The translations under genes were made by a program, and so were the position numbers. From the NCBI GenBank assembly GCA_902605525.1, contig CACLCV010000005.1:1-48648 (forward strand): a stretch of DNA of 48,648 nucleotides, given 5' to 3'. A model generated the notes under the pieces. It did not search any database. It saw nothing but the letters and a program-made list of their open reading frames with translations, and was not told where the DNA came from. The DNA comes from an uncultured Gammaproteobacteria bacterium (GTDB taxonomy: Bacteria > Pseudomonadota > Gammaproteobacteria > GCA-002705445 > GCA-002716945). Position 1 is the first letter of the stretch. Each line of letters begins with the position of its first letter. Positions 19,615 through 31,302 of this stretch are shown piece by piece.

Positions 19615-20343
19615 ATGAAACTATTCTTATTTATAATTATTATACTTTCAGTTTTAGGAATATTGGAATACAAAGCTATAGTGCCAGCATCATCATTTGG
19701 TGTTTTATTAGCACTTGATACTATTGCTAACTTTATAAGATCTTTAGATATACATACATATTATTTAATACTTCCGGATATTACAATTACAGTTCAAGGA
19801 TTACTGTCAATATTTTTAGTATTATTTATAGTTGGCTATATTTCAGATAGATTTAGAACTCTTGATCTAAAGGTTAATTCATTAAATAAAGAAATTAAAA
19901 AACTCAATGCTATTAAAGAGGAAACTAAGATATCTGAGCCAGAATCAAATAATGAGATGCAACAAATTGCCTCCGATATTAAAGGCTTTTTAGAAACGCT
20001 GGCTAAATCTGTAACAGCTAATCCATCAATGCCAATACGTTCAAAAAAAATTAGAAGAGTATCTGCTGAATCAGTTCATGAAGGGATGGATCAAGATGAT
20101 AATGTACCTGAAGAGATTCCCGAAAATGAAAAAATAATAGAAAATAATGAAAATAAGCCACAAGAGATTAATCAAGAGACATCAATCGTATCTGATGATA
20201 ACCTGTCAAGTATTGATTTGGCCAAGGCGTTAATCCAAAGCAATGAAAAAGATAAAGCAAAAGAAGTATTGTTAGATATTATTAAAAATGGCTCAGCTAA
20301 CGATGCACACGAGGCAAGAGTACTAAATCTACAAATAAGTTAA
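19615..20343 (+). CDS. Reduced FimV/HubP-like membrane protein (C-terminal TPR-like domain)
   Basis: Lies between asd and truA, the conserved fimV position. TM helices, coiled/acidic linker, and C-terminal IDLAKALI..EKDKAKEVLLDII..G...EAR resembling FimV_C. Confidence 0.7.
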   Translation: MKLFLFIIIILSVLGILEYKAIVPASSFGVLLALDTIANFIRSLDIHTYYLILPDITITVQGLLSIFLVLFIVGYISDRFRTLDLKVNSLNKEIKKLNAIKEETKISEPESNNEMQQIASDIKGFLETLAKSVTANPSMPIRSKKIRRVSAESVHEGMDQDDNVPEEIPENEKIIENNENKPQEINQETSIVSDDNLSSIDLAKALIQSNEKDKAKEVLLDIIKNGSANDAHEARVLNLQIS

Positions 20344-21125
20344 TGAGGCTTGCCTTATCAATTGAATATATTGGCAGCAAATATTATGGCTGGCAAAAAC
20401 AAAATACTAATTCTACTAACACTATTCAGTTTTATGTCGATGCCGCGTTAACGAAAATCGCAAATCATGAAATTAAAACCATTTGTTCTGGGAGAACGGA
20501 TACAGGTGTGAATGCGCTTAATCAAGTGGTTCATTTTGATACAACATCGAGAAGGCTTGATAAAAATTGGATTGATGGTGTGAATTCTAATTTACCAAAT
20601 GATATAAGAATCAAAAATATTTATCATGTCAATAAAGAATTTCATGCTAGATTCCAAGCACTGTCTAGGACATATCATTATTACATTAATAATAATGCTG
20701 ATAGTACAATCTTTAATAATTCTTATACATGGATAATAAAAGATAAGCTTTCAATTACTAAAATGAAATCATCATTGAAATATTTAAATGGATTACAAGA
20801 TTTTACAAGTTTTAGATCTTCAGGCTGCCAGGCTAACAGTCCATTAAGACATATTATAAATACATCAATAAAAAAAAATAAAAATATCATTAGATTTTCA
20901 ATCACTGCAAACGCTTTCTTATATCACATGGTAAGAAATATTATTGGGACTATTGTTGATGTTGGGACTAATAAAATTAGACCTAGTGATCTACGTAACA
21001 TTATTAATAAAAAAGATAGAAAATATTGCAGCAAAATGGCACCTGCAAATGGACTTTTCTTATGGAAAGTATCCTATCCTCGCAAATATAAAATTAATTA
21101 TAATAGTGAATCTATCTTGTTGTAA
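20343..21125 (+). CDS. truA: tRNA pseudouridine(38-40) synthase
   Basis: YxG..GWQ, SGRTDTGV, FHARF, DFTSFR, FLYHMVRNIIG. Confidence 0.97.
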   Translation: MRLALSIEYIGSKYYGWQKQNTNSTNTIQFYVDAALTKIANHEIKTICSGRTDTGVNALNQVVHFDTTSRRLDKNWIDGVNSNLPNDIRIKNIYHVNKEFHARFQALSRTYHYYINNNADSTIFNNSYTWIIKDKLSITKMKSSLKYLNGLQDFTSFRSSGCQANSPLRHIINTSIKKNKNIIRFSITANAFLYHMVRNIIGTIVDVGTNKIRPSDLRNIINKKDRKYCSKMAPANGLFLWKVSYPRKYKINYNSESILL

Positions 21126-21134
21126 TATAAAGAT

Positions 21135-21761
21135 ATGACAACTCAAATTAAACTTTGTGGATTTAAAAACATTGAAGATATTATTTTTGCTTCTTCACTT
21201 GATATTGATTACCTAGGCATGATTTTTGTTCAGGATATGCCAAGAACGATTGATATCAAAACTGCAATTAGAGCTGTTAGTATTTGTAAAGATAATGATA
21301 TTAAATCTGTAGGAGTCTTCTTAAATCAGAGTGTGGAAGATATCTCAAGCATTATAAATAAAGTGGATTTAGATATTATTCAATTACATGGCAATGAGAA
21401 TATAGATGATTATACTATTTTTAATAAAGATATTATCAACACGATACATGCTTCAGAAAATATTCAATCTCAACTATCAAAAATAAATTTAAATAAACAT
21501 ATGCATCTTATTGATGCAACTGATAATCAAATGAGAGGTGGTTCAGGCACAACATTTGATTGGAATATTTTAAAAGACCTTAACTGTGAGAAGTTATTTA
21601 TTGCTGGTGGTTTGAAACCTGATAATATATTAGACTTACTCAGCAGATATACTCCAAGATGTGTTGATGTTAGTAGTGGAATTGAGCGTAAGGTTGGATA
21701 CAAAGACCATGAAATTATGAGTGATTTTGTAGAAACCATAAGAACATATTATGAAAAATAA
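21135..21761 (+). CDS. trpF: Phosphoribosylanthranilate isomerase
   Basis: [32 protein letters not shown]. Confidence 0.96.
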   Translation: MTTQIKLCGFKNIEDIIFASSLDIDYLGMIFVQDMPRTIDIKTAIRAVSICKDNDIKSVGVFLNQSVEDISSIINKVDLDIIQLHGNENIDDYTIFNKDIINTIHASENIQSQLSKINLNKHMHLIDATDNQMRGGSGTTFDWNILKDLNCEKLFIAGGLKPDNILDLLSRYTPRCVDVSSGIERKVGYKDHEIMSDFVETIRTYYEK

Positions 21762-22956
21762 AATCAATTTAAAAGACTATCCCGATAGATCAGGTCATTT
21801 TGACATTTTTGGAGGTGTCTATGTATCTGAGACATTAATTCATCCACTAAAAGAGTTATTCAGTGCATACAAGTCTATTGCAACCTCTGCAAGTTTTAGA
21901 AAAATACTTAAAGCTGAACTTAGAGATTATGTTGGGAGGCCAACTCCAATTTACTATGCTGAAGCTCTGAGCAAATATCTTGGTAAATCTCACATATACC
22001 TCAAAAGAGAAGATTTAAATCATACCGGTGCACACAAAATCAATAACGCTTTAGGACAAGCATTACTTGCAAAGAAGATGGGCAAAACAAGAATTATTGC
22101 AGAAACTGGTGCTGGACAGCATGGAGTAGCTACTGCAACAGCATGCGCAAGACTAAATTTAAAATGCGTTGTTTATATGGGAGAACAAGATATTCAAAGA
22201 CAGTCAGTGAATGTTTACAGAATGAAACTTTTAGGTGCTGAAGTTGTGTCAGTAAATTCTGGCACCAAAACACTCAAAGATGCACTTAATGAGGCACTTA
22301 GAGATTGGGTTACTAATGTTGATGATACACATTATATAATTGGTTCAGTTGCTGGGCCTCACCCTTATCCAATGATAGTACGTGACTTTCAGTCAGTAAT
22401 CGGTCACGAGGCAAGAGCTCAATTTAAGCGGGACTATAAATGCCTCCCTGATTACTTAATAGCTTGTGTGGGAGGTGGATCTAATGCTATAGGGTTGTTT
22501 CATCCTTTTTTGAACGATGATGTAAAAATTATTGGAGTTGAAGCTGGCGGTTCCGGAATTAAAACAGGTAAACATGCAGCACCATTAAGCGCGGGAACTC
22601 CTGGAGTGCTTCATGGTAACAAGACATATATTATGGAAGATAAGAATGGTCAAATTAAGAATACACATTCTATTTCAGCTGGTTTGGATTATCCAGGAGT
22701 TGGCCCTGAACATTCGTGGCTTAAAGATTTAAATAGAGTGGAATATACATCTGTAACAGATAAAGAAGCTTTAGATGCATTTTTTACATTAACTCAAAAA
22801 GAAGGAATTATCCCTGCTCTTGAAACAGCACATGCACTTGCATATGCATTTGAACTTGCAAAAAAATCTAAACATAAAAAGTTATTAATTAATTTATCTG
22901 GAAGAGGAGATAAAGATATTGATACTATTGCCAAATTAAAAAATATTAAATTATGA
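21751..22956 (+). CDS. trpB: Tryptophan synthase beta chain
   Basis: HTGAHKINN (PLP Lys), [35 protein letters not shown]. Confidence 0.98.
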   Translation: MKNKINLKDYPDRSGHFDIFGGVYVSETLIHPLKELFSAYKSIATSASFRKILKAELRDYVGRPTPIYYAEALSKYLGKSHIYLKREDLNHTGAHKINNALGQALLAKKMGKTRIIAETGAGQHGVATATACARLNLKCVVYMGEQDIQRQSVNVYRMKLLGAEVVSVNSGTKTLKDALNEALRDWVTNVDDTHYIIGSVAGPHPYPMIVRDFQSVIGHEARAQFKRDYKCLPDYLIACVGGGSNAIGLFHPFLNDDVKIIGVEAGGSGIKTGKHAAPLSAGTPGVLHGNKTYIMEDKNGQIKNTHSISAGLDYPGVGPEHSWLKDLNRVEYTSVTDKEALDAFFTLTQKEGIIPALETAHALAYAFELAKKSKHKKLLINLSGRGDKDIDTIAKLKNIKL

Positions 22957-23759
22957 CCTCAAGAATCCCGTCTATATTTAGAGAAAACGCCAAGAAAAAT
23001 AAAAAAACATTTATTAGTTATTTAGTATGTGGGGATCCATCTAAAAATGACACTCTCACAGCTATGAAAATAATGGCTGATTCAGGAGTTGATGTAATTG
23101 AGTTAGGTATACCCTTTACTGATCCTATTGCAGATGGCCCAGTAATACAAAAAAGTATTGATAGAGCTTTAAAAAATAATGTCTCACTAAAAGATGTTAT
23201 ATCTGTTGTTGAGAAGTTTAGAAAAACTAATAAAAAAACTGCAGTTGTACTCATGGGTTATATGAATCCGGTGCATAAGATGGGTGTTGAAAAATTTACT
23301 AAATCAATTAATAAAAATGATATCGATGGAGTTCTGATTGTAGATTCACCACCTGAGGAATCCATAGACTTAAATTCATCTCTTAAAAAATATAATAAAT
23401 CTCATATATATCTTGCTTCACCAACTACGACTAACCAACGAATGAGAAGTATTACTCAGATGTCATCAGGCTATGTTTATTATGTCACTGTTAAGGGTAT
23501 AACTGGCTCAAAGTTGACTGATATATCAACGATTAAGAAAAATGTAGCTAAAATAAAAAAGTATTCTAAAAATAATATTCCTGTTGCTGTTGGTTTTGGA
23601 ATAAAAGATAGTAAATCAGCCAAACAGATGTCTAAGTTCTCAGATGGTATAATAATAGGGAGTTCTATAGTAGAATTAATTCATAAGCATTCGAATAATA
23701 AAAATGTTATGAAAAAAAATCTAACAAGCTACCTTTCATCAATCTCTAGAGCTATATAA
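22953..23759 (+). CDS. trpA: Tryptophan synthase alpha chain
   Basis: [29 protein letters not shown]. Confidence 0.97.
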   Translation: MTSRIPSIFRENAKKNKKTFISYLVCGDPSKNDTLTAMKIMADSGVDVIELGIPFTDPIADGPVIQKSIDRALKNNVSLKDVISVVEKFRKTNKKTAVVLMGYMNPVHKMGVEKFTKSINKNDIDGVLIVDSPPEESIDLNSSLKKYNKSHIYLASPTTTNQRMRSITQMSSGYVYYVTVKGITGSKLTDISTIKKNVAKIKKYSKNNIPVAVGFGIKDSKSAKQMSKFSDGIIIGSSIVELIHKHSNNKNVMKKNLTSYLSSISRAI

Positions 23760-24625
23760 TGAGCTGGTTAGATAAAATATTGCCTTCAAGAATTCGTGCC
23801 ACTAAAGATGATAAAGGTTCAGTGCCTGAAGGACTATGGCATAAGTGTAGTAATTGTGGCGCCGTACTCTACACTGCTGAATTTGATAAAAATTCCCATG
23901 TTTGTCCAAAGTGCAATCATCATGAGAGAATATCGGCGAGAAAAAGAGTAAGCATATTTCTTGATAAGGGTGATCATGAAGAAATGTTTAATAATCTCTC
24001 TCCAAGAGATATGCTCAAATTTAAAGATAAACAAAAGTATCAGGATAAATTCAAACAGTCTCAAGAGAAAACAGGTGAAAAAGATGCACTCTTAGTGTTT
24101 AAAGGAAACCTAAAAAAAATACCTGTGATAGTTTGTGCCTTTGAATACTCTTTCTTTGGGGGATCAATGGGGTCTGTTGTCGGTGAGAAGTTTATTAGAG
24201 CAGTAAAGCTGTCTATTGAATTAAATAGACCATTAATATGTTTCTCTGCAAGTGGTGGTGCAAGAATGCAAGAATCACTGTTCTCATTATTTCAAATGTC
24301 TAAAACAAGTGCTGCATTAGCAGAATTATCTGATCATTCGATACCATATATATCGGTTTTGACAGATCCAACCATGGGTGGTGTGTCAGCTAGTCTTGCA
24401 GTACTAGGTGATATAAATATTGCTGAACCTAATGCTCTCATTGGATTTGCTGGGCCAAGAGTTATAGAACAGACTGTCAGAGAAAAACTACCAGAGGGTT
24501 TTCAGCGTAGTGAATTTCTTCAAGAACATGGAGCAATTGACATGATTGTAGAAAGGAAGGAACAGCCAGATAAGATTGCTAATATATTAAGTATTCTTGG
24601 TTTCCCTTATGAAAAGAAGATTTGA
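23759..24625 (+). CDS. accD: Acetyl-CoA carboxylase carboxyltransferase beta subunit
   Basis: Zn finger CSNC...[28 protein letters not shown]. Confidence 0.98.
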   Translation: MSWLDKILPSRIRATKDDKGSVPEGLWHKCSNCGAVLYTAEFDKNSHVCPKCNHHERISARKRVSIFLDKGDHEEMFNNLSPRDMLKFKDKQKYQDKFKQSQEKTGEKDALLVFKGNLKKIPVIVCAFEYSFFGGSMGSVVGEKFIRAVKLSIELNRPLICFSASGGARMQESLFSLFQMSKTSAALAELSDHSIPYISVLTDPTMGGVSASLAVLGDINIAEPNALIGFAGPRVIEQTVREKLPEGFQRSEFLQEHGAIDMIVERKEQPDKIANILSILGFPYEKKI

Positions 24626-25904
24626 TACAGTTAATGAATGGTTAGAATGGCAACAAACTGTCCATCCTTTAAACATTGATTTTAAACTTGAGAGAATACT
24701 TAGTGTTTATGAAAAACTTGATGTCGCTAAGGTTGCTGAGAAAATAATTACAGTTGCAGGCACTAATGGAAAAGGATCAACGGTTTCTTTTTTAGAGTCT
24801 ATACTCTGCAAGAATAATATCAACGTTGGTACTTTCACTTCTCCTCATATATTAAAATACAATGAACGAATCAAGATAAACGGAAAGGAAATAGATGATG
24901 AATCGTTGTTAAATGTTTTTGAATTGATTGATCAAAAAAGAGGCAACACAACCTTAACATATTTTGAATTTGCGACATTAAGTGCTTTTTATCTATTTAG
25001 TAAAGCAGATCTAGACGTCGTGGTATTAGAGGTTGGTCTGGGTGGACGATTAGATGCAACTAACATTATTGACTCTGATATCTCCATTATCACATCCATT
25101 GGAATTGATCATACTGAATTTCTTGGAGACACCATTGACAGCATCGCTCTTGAAAAAGCAGGAGTCATGAGGCCATTTAAAAAGTGTATTTTTGCACAAG
25201 AAAACCCTCCCTCTGTATTGTATAAATATTCTAAAAATAAATCTGTAAATCTACTAACCCATAACAATGATTATACTGTTAATAGATACTCAGATTCCTG
25301 GTCTATAGTTTCAAAAGCTATAGAAATACATGATATTCCTAACTTAAAAATGATCGGAGATTACCAATATAATTATGCTACAGCATCTGTAATAGCTCTT
25401 AATAATATTTTACCCGAGGCATTATCTGATCAAGATCTCCTTAAAAATGCACTTTGTGAGACTATCATACCAGGAAGGTTTCAGTATCTTCAGCATTCTC
25501 CAGATATTATTCTTGATGTAGCTCACAACGAAGATGCAGCAAAAAGTCTTGCCACGAATATAAAACGACTAGGTTATAAAAACATCCATGTTGTTTTAGG
25601 AATACTCGCAGATAAAGATGTTTATAGTATTGTAAAACCATTTTCACTCCTTGTTGATCATTGGCATATTGGGACTATTAGTAGTGAGAGAGGTATGAAT
25701 GCTGAAGAAATCAAATTTCGTATAAAATCGTTATTCAAAAATAAATTCTCGATAGAAACATATGATTCTATTTCTGCAGCTTATCATAGAGCAGTAAATC
25801 AACAAGATGATAACACTATAATATTAGTCTATGGTTCCTTTTATACCGTATCTGAAGCATTGCAATCAAATAGCTATATATCAAGCAAAGAAGATGCGAT
25901 TTAG
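24609..25904 (+). CDS. folC: Bifunctional dihydrofolate/folylpolyglutamate synthase
   Basis: [35 protein letters not shown]; ATG at 24609. Confidence 0.97.
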   Translation: MKRRFDTVNEWLEWQQTVHPLNIDFKLERILSVYEKLDVAKVAEKIITVAGTNGKGSTVSFLESILCKNNINVGTFTSPHILKYNERIKINGKEIDDESLLNVFELIDQKRGNTTLTYFEFATLSAFYLFSKADLDVVVLEVGLGGRLDATNIIDSDISIITSIGIDHTEFLGDTIDSIALEKAGVMRPFKKCIFAQENPPSVLYKYSKNKSVNLLTHNNDYTVNRYSDSWSIVSKAIEIHDIPNLKMIGDYQYNYATASVIALNNILPEALSDQDLLKNALCETIIPGRFQYLQHSPDIILDVAHNEDAAKSLATNIKRLGYKNIHVVLGILADKDVYSIVKPFSLLVDHWHIGTISSERGMNAEEIKFRIKSLFKNKFSIETYDSISAAYHRAVNQQDDNTIILVYGSFYTVSEALQSNSYISSKEDAI

Positions 25905-26298
25905 AATAATTCTATTTATTTTTTTATTAACATATGTATTTTCAGACATATTCTTAGGTTACTTTCAATCTACTGACTCCATATCTTTTAACGACATACA
26001 AGAACAAATTATTCTTGATGAAAATGAATTGAATGTTTTTGAAAAAAAATCATTAAATGATATTAGTGTTACTGAAAAAAGAGTAAAAGCATGGATTGTA
26101 CTAATTAATTATAATGAATCTAATGAATTTAGCATTAAATCTACATTAGATAAAAGTGGTTATAAAACTGATCATAATGAAAAAAAAATGTATTTCTCTT
26201 TAGGACCTTTTGCTGATATCTCTCACGCAAATAATGAGGCAAAAAAGTTAAAAAAAATATACAGCATAGATAGTAAAGTTGTAGACTTTATATTTTAA
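25894..26298 (+). CDS. Short DedD-like SPOR-domain membrane protein
   Basis: folC-X-cvpA position; N-terminal TM helix; AWIV...LGPF...A SPOR-like pattern; ATG at 25894. Confidence 0.65.
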   Translation: MRFRIILFIFLLTYVFSDIFLGYFQSTDSISFNDIQEQIILDENELNVFEKKSLNDISVTEKRVKAWIVLINYNESNEFSIKSTLDKSGYKTDHNEKKMYFSLGPFADISHANNEAKKLKKIYSIDSKVVDFIF

Positions 26299-26783
26299 TG
26301 GCCATAGTCGATTATATATTCATACTTATAACCACCATTTATTCGATTATTGGTCTTATGCGTGGTTTTTCTAAACAACTTATTTCATTCACAGTGTGGA
26401 TTATTTTTCTTTTTATTGTCTTTAATTATCTATCAGAACTTACAGATGTAATCTCGAACTATACTGCTCTTAGTTTGCAATATAATAGAATTATTGGCAT
26501 CACCACACTTGTATTATTCAGTCTATTTAGCATATTTATATTAAATCTGACACTAGCAAAAATTATAGCTTCTACATTATTTGAAAATTCTAATAGGATC
26601 CTTGGTCTACTCATGTCATTTGTAAAGGCACAAATTTATATATTGGTATTTATTCTTATTATAGTGGATACATCTTTTGCTAATGATATTCTAGATGAAT
26701 CATATATAACACCATATTATCTTTATTTTATTGAATATATTTCTAATTATGATGATTCACTCTTTAATACTTTTGAAATATAA
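26298..26783 (+). CDS. cvpA: Colicin V production protein CvpA family
   Basis: DYIFI...GLMRGF, NRILG...KA; 4 TM helices; directly upstream of purF. Confidence 0.88.
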   Translation: MAIVDYIFILITTIYSIIGLMRGFSKQLISFTVWIIFLFIVFNYLSELTDVISNYTALSLQYNRIIGITTLVLFSLFSIFILNLTLAKIIASTLFENSNRILGLLMSFVKAQIYILVFILIIVDTSFANDILDESYITPYYLYFIEYISNYDDSLFNTFEI

Positions 26784-26798
26784 ATATAATGTGCATAT

Positions 26799-28310
26799 AT
26801 GTGTGGCATTGTAGCTGTTTCTGGAAGTAAAGATGTGATTCATGACATCTATGAGTCCCTGACTGTATTACAGCATAGGGGTCAAGATGCTTCCGGAATA
26901 CTTACTAATCACAAAGGTAAAATTACACTACGAAAATCATTAGGACTAGTTAGAGATGGTTTCTCTAAAAAACACATTGATAGACTACGAGGATCTATAG
27001 GAATAGGACATGTACGTTATCCAACTGCAGGACATGCAGATAATTCTTCAGAAGCCCAACCTTTTTATGTAAATTCACCCTATGGTATAGCATTAGCGCA
27101 TAATGGAAATTTAATAAATTCTGATAAATTAAAATCTGATTTATTTAAAGAAGATCTGAGACATATTAATACAAAATCAGATTCTGAAATTTTGCTTAAC
27201 ATCTTTGCTCATGAGCTATATCTTCACAGTAAAGTAGCTTTTACGCCAGATAGTATATTCTATGCTGTAGCTGGTGTACACAGAAGAGTAAAAGGAGCTT
27301 ACGCTGTAGTATCTTTGATAACTGACAAAGGCGTAGTAGCTTTTAGAGACCCTCACGGTATACGCCCACTATGCTATGGCCACAGAATTGTTGATGGTAA
27401 AACTGAAACAATGATTGCTTCAGAATCAGTTGCACTTGATTCAGCTGGTTACACATTAGAGAGGGATGTTAAACCTGGTGAGGCAATATTTATTGATACG
27501 GATGGAAATATTCACACAAGATTATGCGCAAAAACAAATAGCTTCAACCCCTGTATATTCGAATATGTTTATTTTGCAAGACCTGATTCTATAATTGACG
27601 GAATCTCAGTTTACAAAGCTAGAATGAATATGGGAACAGCACTTGCGAATAATATCAAAAATGCATTCCCAAATAATGATATAGATGTTGTTATACCCAT
27701 TCCTGATACAAGCAGAATATCAGCTTTAGAATTATCTGCTAAACTTAAAATTCCATTTAGAGAAGGTTTTATAAAAAACAGATATATTGGAAGAACATTT
27801 ATTATGTCTGAGCAAAACGAAAGATCTAAATCTGTAAAAAGAAAATTAAATGCCATTAAATCAGAATTTAAAGACAAAACAGTTTTACTTGTAGATGATT
27901 CGATAGTTAGAGGCACAACGTCAAAACAAATTGTTGAAATGGCTAGAGAAGCTGGAGCAAAGAAAGTTTACATGGCATCCGCTGCACCTCCAGTCAAATT
28001 TCCTAATGTTTATGGTATTGATATGCCTGCTAGCAAAGAATTCATAGCAGATAATAGAACCATCGATGAAATAGCTCAATTTATTGGTTGTGATAAAATA
28101 TTTTATCAAGATATAAATGATCTTATTGAATCTGTAAAATCTGAAAGTAAAGAAATATCAAGTTTTGACTCATCATGTTTCAGTGGTAAATATATTACCG
28201 GGCATGTGGATAAGGAGTACTTAACTGCTCTCGATAAATTACGAAATGATGCTGAGAAAATAAAGAATAGTCAAGAAGAACAAACTTTTGACGAAGTAGT
28301 TGTTTATTAA
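26799..28310 (+). CDS. purF: Amidophosphoribosyltransferase
   Basis: [44 protein letters not shown]. Confidence 0.98.
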   Translation: MCGIVAVSGSKDVIHDIYESLTVLQHRGQDASGILTNHKGKITLRKSLGLVRDGFSKKHIDRLRGSIGIGHVRYPTAGHADNSSEAQPFYVNSPYGIALAHNGNLINSDKLKSDLFKEDLRHINTKSDSEILLNIFAHELYLHSKVAFTPDSIFYAVAGVHRRVKGAYAVVSLITDKGVVAFRDPHGIRPLCYGHRIVDGKTETMIASESVALDSAGYTLERDVKPGEAIFIDTDGNIHTRLCAKTNSFNPCIFEYVYFARPDSIIDGISVYKARMNMGTALANNIKNAFPNNDIDVVIPIPDTSRISALELSAKLKIPFREGFIKNRYIGRTFIMSEQNERSKSVKRKLNAIKSEFKDKTVLLVDDSIVRGTTSKQIVEMAREAGAKKVYMASAAPPVKFPNVYGIDMPASKEFIADNRTIDEIAQFIGCDKIFYQDINDLIESVKSESKEISSFDSSCFSGKYITGHVDKEYLTALDKLRNDAEKIKNSQEEQTFDEVVVY

Positions 28311-28331
28311 TTTTGTTATTTTAATTATTGA

Positions 28332-28793
28332 ATGATATTTATAAATACAGTCAGACAAAAACTTTATCTCTTGGAGAGTAATAAAATTAAATATGAATTT
28401 CCTATATCTACTTCTTTCAATGGAACAGGTTGTCAAGTAGATTCATATAAGACTCCTATAGGTCTTCATACTGTAGTGTCTAAAATTGGTGCCGGTTTAC
28501 CACCTGGGACATTATTTAAAAATCGCAGGCCAACAAAAAGAATAGTTGATCCTTTACCACAAGATAAATATGATTATATTACATCAAGGATAATTAGGTT
28601 GAGTGGATTAGAAGATGACATTAATAAAGGAGGAAATGTAGATACATACAATAGATATATATATATTCATGGAACGCCACATATTCATAAACTAGGGGAA
28701 CCGGAATCACATGGATGTATTAGATTGTCTGATGATAATGTGATTACTCTTTTTAATTCTATAAAATATAAGACCCTTGTTCTGATTGATTAA
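28332..28793 (+). CDS. YkuD-family L,D-transpeptidase domain protein
   Basis: TPIG, IYIHGT...SHGCIRL catalytic His/Cys motif. Confidence 0.9.
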   Translation: MIFINTVRQKLYLLESNKIKYEFPISTSFNGTGCQVDSYKTPIGLHTVVSKIGAGLPPGTLFKNRRPTKRIVDPLPQDKYDYITSRIIRLSGLEDDINKGGNVDTYNRYIYIHGTPHIHKLGEPESHGCIRLSDDNVITLFNSIKYKTLVLID

Positions 28794-29455
28794 ATATAAT
28801 TTTTTAATTCTAATGCATTATAAATTATTAAGTCTGAGTTCCAAGACCTTACATTAATATCGGAACTTATGAAGCCAAAATCTGCTGCCACAGTAGTCAT
28901 TCCTGCATCTCTACCAGCAATAATATCTCTTTCGTCATCTCCTACATAAATGATTTCATTAACGTTACATTGAATCTCTTCAGCTGCTTTAACTAGACCA
29001 TCTATTGCTGGTTTAGCATTAAGAACCATATCGCCAGTTATTACACAACTTAATTTTTTGGTTAAACCTAGACCATCAATTATCTTATTAACGTATCTAG
29101 AATGTTTATTCGTTACTATACCAATTATTATATTTTTATTTATCAGATAATTCAGCAGAATATCCATGTCTTTATTTAATTCTGTTTTAATAAAGGGGTG
29201 ATGCTTATAGTCATCTAAAAATTCTGATCGCAATAGTGATGAGTCGATATCTCTACCATTAACATGAGATGCATATTCAATAACACCCAGAGCTCCTCTA
29301 GATATATGCTTTTTTAAATTCATACAGTCTACAGTTTTTAATTTATGAGAGACTAGTACTCTATTAAGAGATGCGCACATGTCTGGAGAAGTATCTGCAA
29401 GAGTACCATCTAAATCAAATAAGACAGCTTTAACTTTATAATTATTTTTCAGCAT
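28790..29455 (-). CDS. gph: HAD-IA phosphatase (Gph/MupP-like)
   Basis: FDLDGTL, VTNK, KP, YVGDDERDI; follows ubiG. ATG at 29455 is preferred. Substrate could instead be MurNAc-6-P (MupP-like). Confidence 0.8.
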   Translation of the reverse strand: MLKNNYKVKAVLFDLDGTLADTSPDMCASLNRVLVSHKLKTVDCMNLKKHISRGALGVIEYASHVNGRDIDSSLLRSEFLDDYKHHPFIKTELNKDMDILLNYLINKNIIIGIVTNKHSRYVNKIIDGLGLTKKLSCVITGDMVLNAKPAIDGLVKAAEEIQCNVNEIIYVGDDERDIIAGRDAGMTTVAADFGFISSDINVRSWNSDLIIYNALELKNYI

Positions 29456-30128
29456 ACAGAAAATAATTAATATCAGTATTATTTGATAAAATAAATGATT
29501 CATCAATAGGATTAAAATCCAATCCACTTATACCGCTTAAATTATAATTACTATTTTCTAACATTTTTGTTAGTTCATACGGTGTAATAAATTTTGCATA
29601 CTGATGAGTTCCTCTTGGTACATAATTTAAGACATATTCAGCTATTATTTTAGCTAATACAAATGATTTTAGATTTCTATTAATTGTTGATAAAAATAAT
29701 CCAGATTTTTCTGCGCTTAGCTCATTAATTTTTTTGATTAATTCATTTGGTTTGTCTATGTGTTCAATCATTTCAAAGCAAACAATAAAATCAAAACTAT
29801 CACAGTCTGTAATGTCAAAAATTGATTTGTTAATATATTTTATATCATAATTTTGCTCTTCAGCATGTTGTCTAGCGATTGTAATTGATTTACTTGATGA
29901 GTCTATACCCGTTACTATAGCTCCTTGTTTATGTAATTGTTCAGAGAGAATCCCACCTCCACATCCAATATCTAAGACTCTTTTATCATGGATGTTACAT
30001 TTTGATAATATATATTCTAGTCTAACAGGGTTCAATCTATGAAGAAGTTTATAATGACCAGACTTATTCCACCAATCATAAGCAAATTCATCAAAATGGG
30101 ATTCTTGATTAGACTCTTTTTTATTCAT
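29442..30128 (-). CDS. ubiG: Ubiquinone biosynthesis O-methyltransferase
   Basis: WW...LHRLNPVRL, LDIGCGGGILSE, EMIEH, STINR, AEY..PRGTH. Confidence 0.96.
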   Translation of the reverse strand: MNKKESNQESHFDEFAYDWWNKSGHYKLLHRLNPVRLEYILSKCNIHDKRVLDIGCGGGILSEQLHKQGAIVTGIDSSSKSITIARQHAEEQNYDIKYINKSIFDITDCDSFDFIVCFEMIEHIDKPNELIKKINELSAEKSGLFLSTINRNLKSFVLAKIIAEYVLNYVPRGTHQYAKFITPYELTKMLENSNYNLSGISGLDFNPIDESFILSNNTDINYFLYAEK

Positions 30129-31204
30129 TAGATTTTATATTGTTCACCAGCTGACCATACATGAGTTAAGCTTTGCTTGTCAAGAATGCTTAGTTTGGGA
30201 TTACAATCCTTATTTCTAAGAAGCTGATTTGATGTAAAGTCAAATAAGTTAAAAGATGCCTTATTTCCTTTCTTTATAGATCCTGAAGATATGAAATTAG
30301 AAAAAAGGTTAGATGCATTTTCTGTAACACAGTTGATAATTTTATTTTTATCAAAAATATTATTTGGGTTAATATCTAGTTTCTCAATTATTTTAATAAT
30401 TTGGTATAAATCATATGAATTAAACGTTTCGGTTGTCAAAACACATTTAGTTTTCTTTTCAAGTAGATGTAGAAATTTCATTATATTATCAATACTTAAT
30501 AATTCCATATATGAAATTATAGCTGTGATATTCTTTTTTTTAATATTAGTTTTCCAATACTCACTTAAACTAAGAGCCCCATGCAAGTAACTATTATTAA
30601 TTAGATTTATTTCACTCCAAAAAGTTACTAGATCATTAATTTTCTTCTTGTCTGTTATATTTTGAAGACAACTTCCTTTGATATGTATATTAATATCAAT
30701 TTCATTTAAAATAGACGATAACTTTATAATAATATCTTGGTCAAAATCTATAATATTATTTAAACTTATACAAAACTGCTTACTTAAATCAGATTTATAA
30801 AAGTCCAATACATCAGTCATTTCCTTTATGTCTGTCTGCTGAATGATTTTTCCATCTAGTTCTATTATATGAACTATATCTAACTGACTAATATCAATAT
30901 TCATTATATCTTTATAATTTTTGCCATGTATGCATAATCTGGTGACACCGTTTTTTAATAATGACTTAATTTTTGTTTCAACATCTATTTTATTTAAACA
31001 ATTATTTGAATTAAGATAGCTTTCTGTAAATGTAGGCATTAATACGTGGTTTGGATATTCGATTCTTGATATTCCTTTGTACTTTTTTTCAACAGTTTCA
31101 TTTTTCAAAATTTCTGTAATTATAGGACCATCAATTAGTATAGATTTATCTATTTCTAGTCTAGTATTGTTCAAATAAATCCATTTTGGAGATACAATTA
31201 ACAT
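30128..31204 (-). CDS. Highly degenerate MtaD/TRZ-ATZ amidohydrolase homolog (probable pseudoenzyme)
   Basis: Position upstream of ubiG-gph. Scaffold motifs PKWI, VLMP, KNGVT, TENA, GSIKKGNKASF and HVWSAG remain; the HxH metal motif is absent. Confidence 0.7.
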   Translation of the reverse strand: MLIVSPKWIYLNNTRLEIDKSILIDGPIITEILKNETVEKKYKGISRIEYPNHVLMPTFTESYLNSNNCLNKIDVETKIKSLLKNGVTRLCIHGKNYKDIMNIDISQLDIVHIIELDGKIIQQTDIKEMTDVLDFYKSDLSKQFCISLNNIIDFDQDIIIKLSSILNEIDINIHIKGSCLQNITDKKKINDLVTFWSEINLINNSYLHGALSLSEYWKTNIKKKNITAIISYMELLSIDNIMKFLHLLEKKTKCVLTTETFNSYDLYQIIKIIEKLDINPNNIFDKNKIINCVTENASNLFSNFISSGSIKKGNKASFNLFDFTSNQLLRNKDCNPKLSILDKQSLTHVWSAGEQYKI

Positions 31205-31259
31205 TATAAAATTCTATCCTGTTCGTGACTCAATTTATATCGTTTATAACCACTATTTA

Positions 31260-31268
31260 TGCTAAAAT
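31260..31268 (+). promoter_or_regulatory. Putative extended -10 promoter of gyrA
   Basis: TG-C-TAAAAT 34 nt upstream of the gyrA ATG. Confidence 0.4.
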
Positions 31269-31302
31269 AATGAGCATAAAATGCCTCAAAAATTAACCAT
31301 TA

